From Acidimicrobiia bacterium (GTDB lineage: Bacteria > Actinomycetota > Acidimicrobiia > IMCC26256 > PALSA-610), in the NCBI GenBank assembly GCA_038228615.1, contig JBBRPC010000002.1:1-52929 (forward strand): 52,929 nt of DNA, written 5' to 3'. A model generated the notes under the pieces. That model was not told where the DNA came from. It did no database searches and was given only the letters and a program-made list of their open reading frames with translations. How positions within the stretch are numbered: position 1 is the first letter of the stretch; each line of letters starts with the position of its first letter. The translations under genes were made by a program, and so were the position numbers. This document shows positions 52,116 through 52,929 of the stretch, in pieces.

Positions 52116-52929
52116 ATGACCAACGCGACGATTGTTCTCGACCACATCGCTATCGCCGCGGATTGCGCTTGGGACAACTTTGACAGATATCGGGGAGACC
52201 TCGGCGGTATCTGGAATGGTGGGATGAACAACCCAGGTTTTTATTGGGGACAGGTGCGATTCTCCAACGACATGGTTGTAGAGATGCTGCAACCTGCCGA
52301 AGTGCATCTCGACGATTTCTTGCGGCGATTTCTGGATCGCAGCGGAGATGGTCCTCACCACCTGACGTTCAAGGTCCCCGACATCGTTGCCGCGATGGAT
52401 GCCGCGGCCGAGGCTGGCTTCCCCCCTGTGCGCAGCGACCTGTCGCAGGATTTCTGGAAAGAAGCGTTCTTACATCCCAAACAATGCCATGGCATCGTCG
52501 TGCAACTGGCACAGGCGAGTCGCCATCCATATGACGACGAAGTGATGCATCACTTGTTGCCGCCTGCACGTGCCGAGTCGGTTGCCTCGCTGGATTGCAT
52601 TGTGCATCTCGTGGCAGATCTCGATGGTGCGATGCAGCTGTTTCGTGGGGTGCTGGGTGGCGAGGAAGTCGTGAGTGAACACGACGATCTTTCGGGGCGG
52701 CGCGCGGAGTTGGCGTGGCAAGGGCCAGGAAGATTGCGATTGGTCGAGCCCACATCGAGCGACGAAATTGCTTGGCTTGGCGATCGGCCGGGTCGAGTGC
52801 ATCACCTCGCGTTTACAGTTGCGGATGCCGCGACGGTGCGCGGAGCTGTTCCCATCGGCGAAGGCGTCTACGAAATCGCGCCCGAAACCAACCATGGCGT
52901 GCGACTCCGGCTGCGCGAACGGCGATGAC
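52116..52929 (+). CDS. VOC-family protein with two glyoxalase-fold modules (3' end outside the window)
   Basis: The product contains VLDHIAIAA...GPHHLTFKVPDI and VHLVADLDGAMQLFRGVLGG...VHHLAFTV. The frame is still open at the window edge. I chose the start at ATG 52116. Confidence 0.65.

Overview
The window is high-GC, gene-dense chromosomal DNA, almost certainly from an actinobacterium. The evidence is several families typical of that phylum: DUF3499, DUF3151, the SCO1664/DUF3090/MSMEG_4193-type triad, a DinB/DUF664 protein and an Rv2466c-like DsbA. All homology calls were made by eye from conserved motifs in the six-frame track. No database search was run. Many long ORFs in the track are antisense shadow ORFs typical of high-GC DNA, and I ignored them.

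Layout:
1. 1-2488 is the right-hand end of an integrated conjugative or mobilisable element. It holds a truncated TrwC/MobF relaxase N-terminus, a winged-helix-like protein, an Xis-type HTH protein, iteron-like repeats and a DUF433/PIN-like pair. It ends in a 22-nt copy of a tRNA 3' end, which I read as a putative attR.
2. 2.6-7.8 kb holds a secreted papain-like peptidase fused to FG-GAP repeats (three near-identical 153-bp tandem units), an ECF sigma factor fused in frame to a VOC domain, a DinB protein, a divergent TetR/SnoaL pair and tadA.
3. 8-14.5 kb holds an orphan LuxR-type response regulator, tRNA-Ser(CGA), metF and a copper module. In that module copA is divergent from csoR-copZ, and copZ is translationally coupled to an FrhB-like F420 protein and a small receiver-like protein.
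4. 14.5-39.5 kb is mostly housekeeping: a FAAL, the conserved triad, gmd, purE, a MacB-type ABC pair, lgt, an Fpg/Nei glycosylase, an ABC1 kinase, a beta-propeller plus Rpf-like protein with a long structured leader, thrB and others.
5. 39.6-48.8 kb is an expanded phosphate-uptake locus. pstCAB is followed by a PstS-like protein and is divergent from two further PstS-like paralogues.

The most unusual signal is in block 5. Two of the binding proteins are tethered at the C-terminus by long linkers, one Thr/Pro-rich and one a run of 23 glycines, followed by a TM helix and basic tail. One of them is translationally coupled to a sortase homologue whose catalytic His and Cys are replaced by Arg and Ser.
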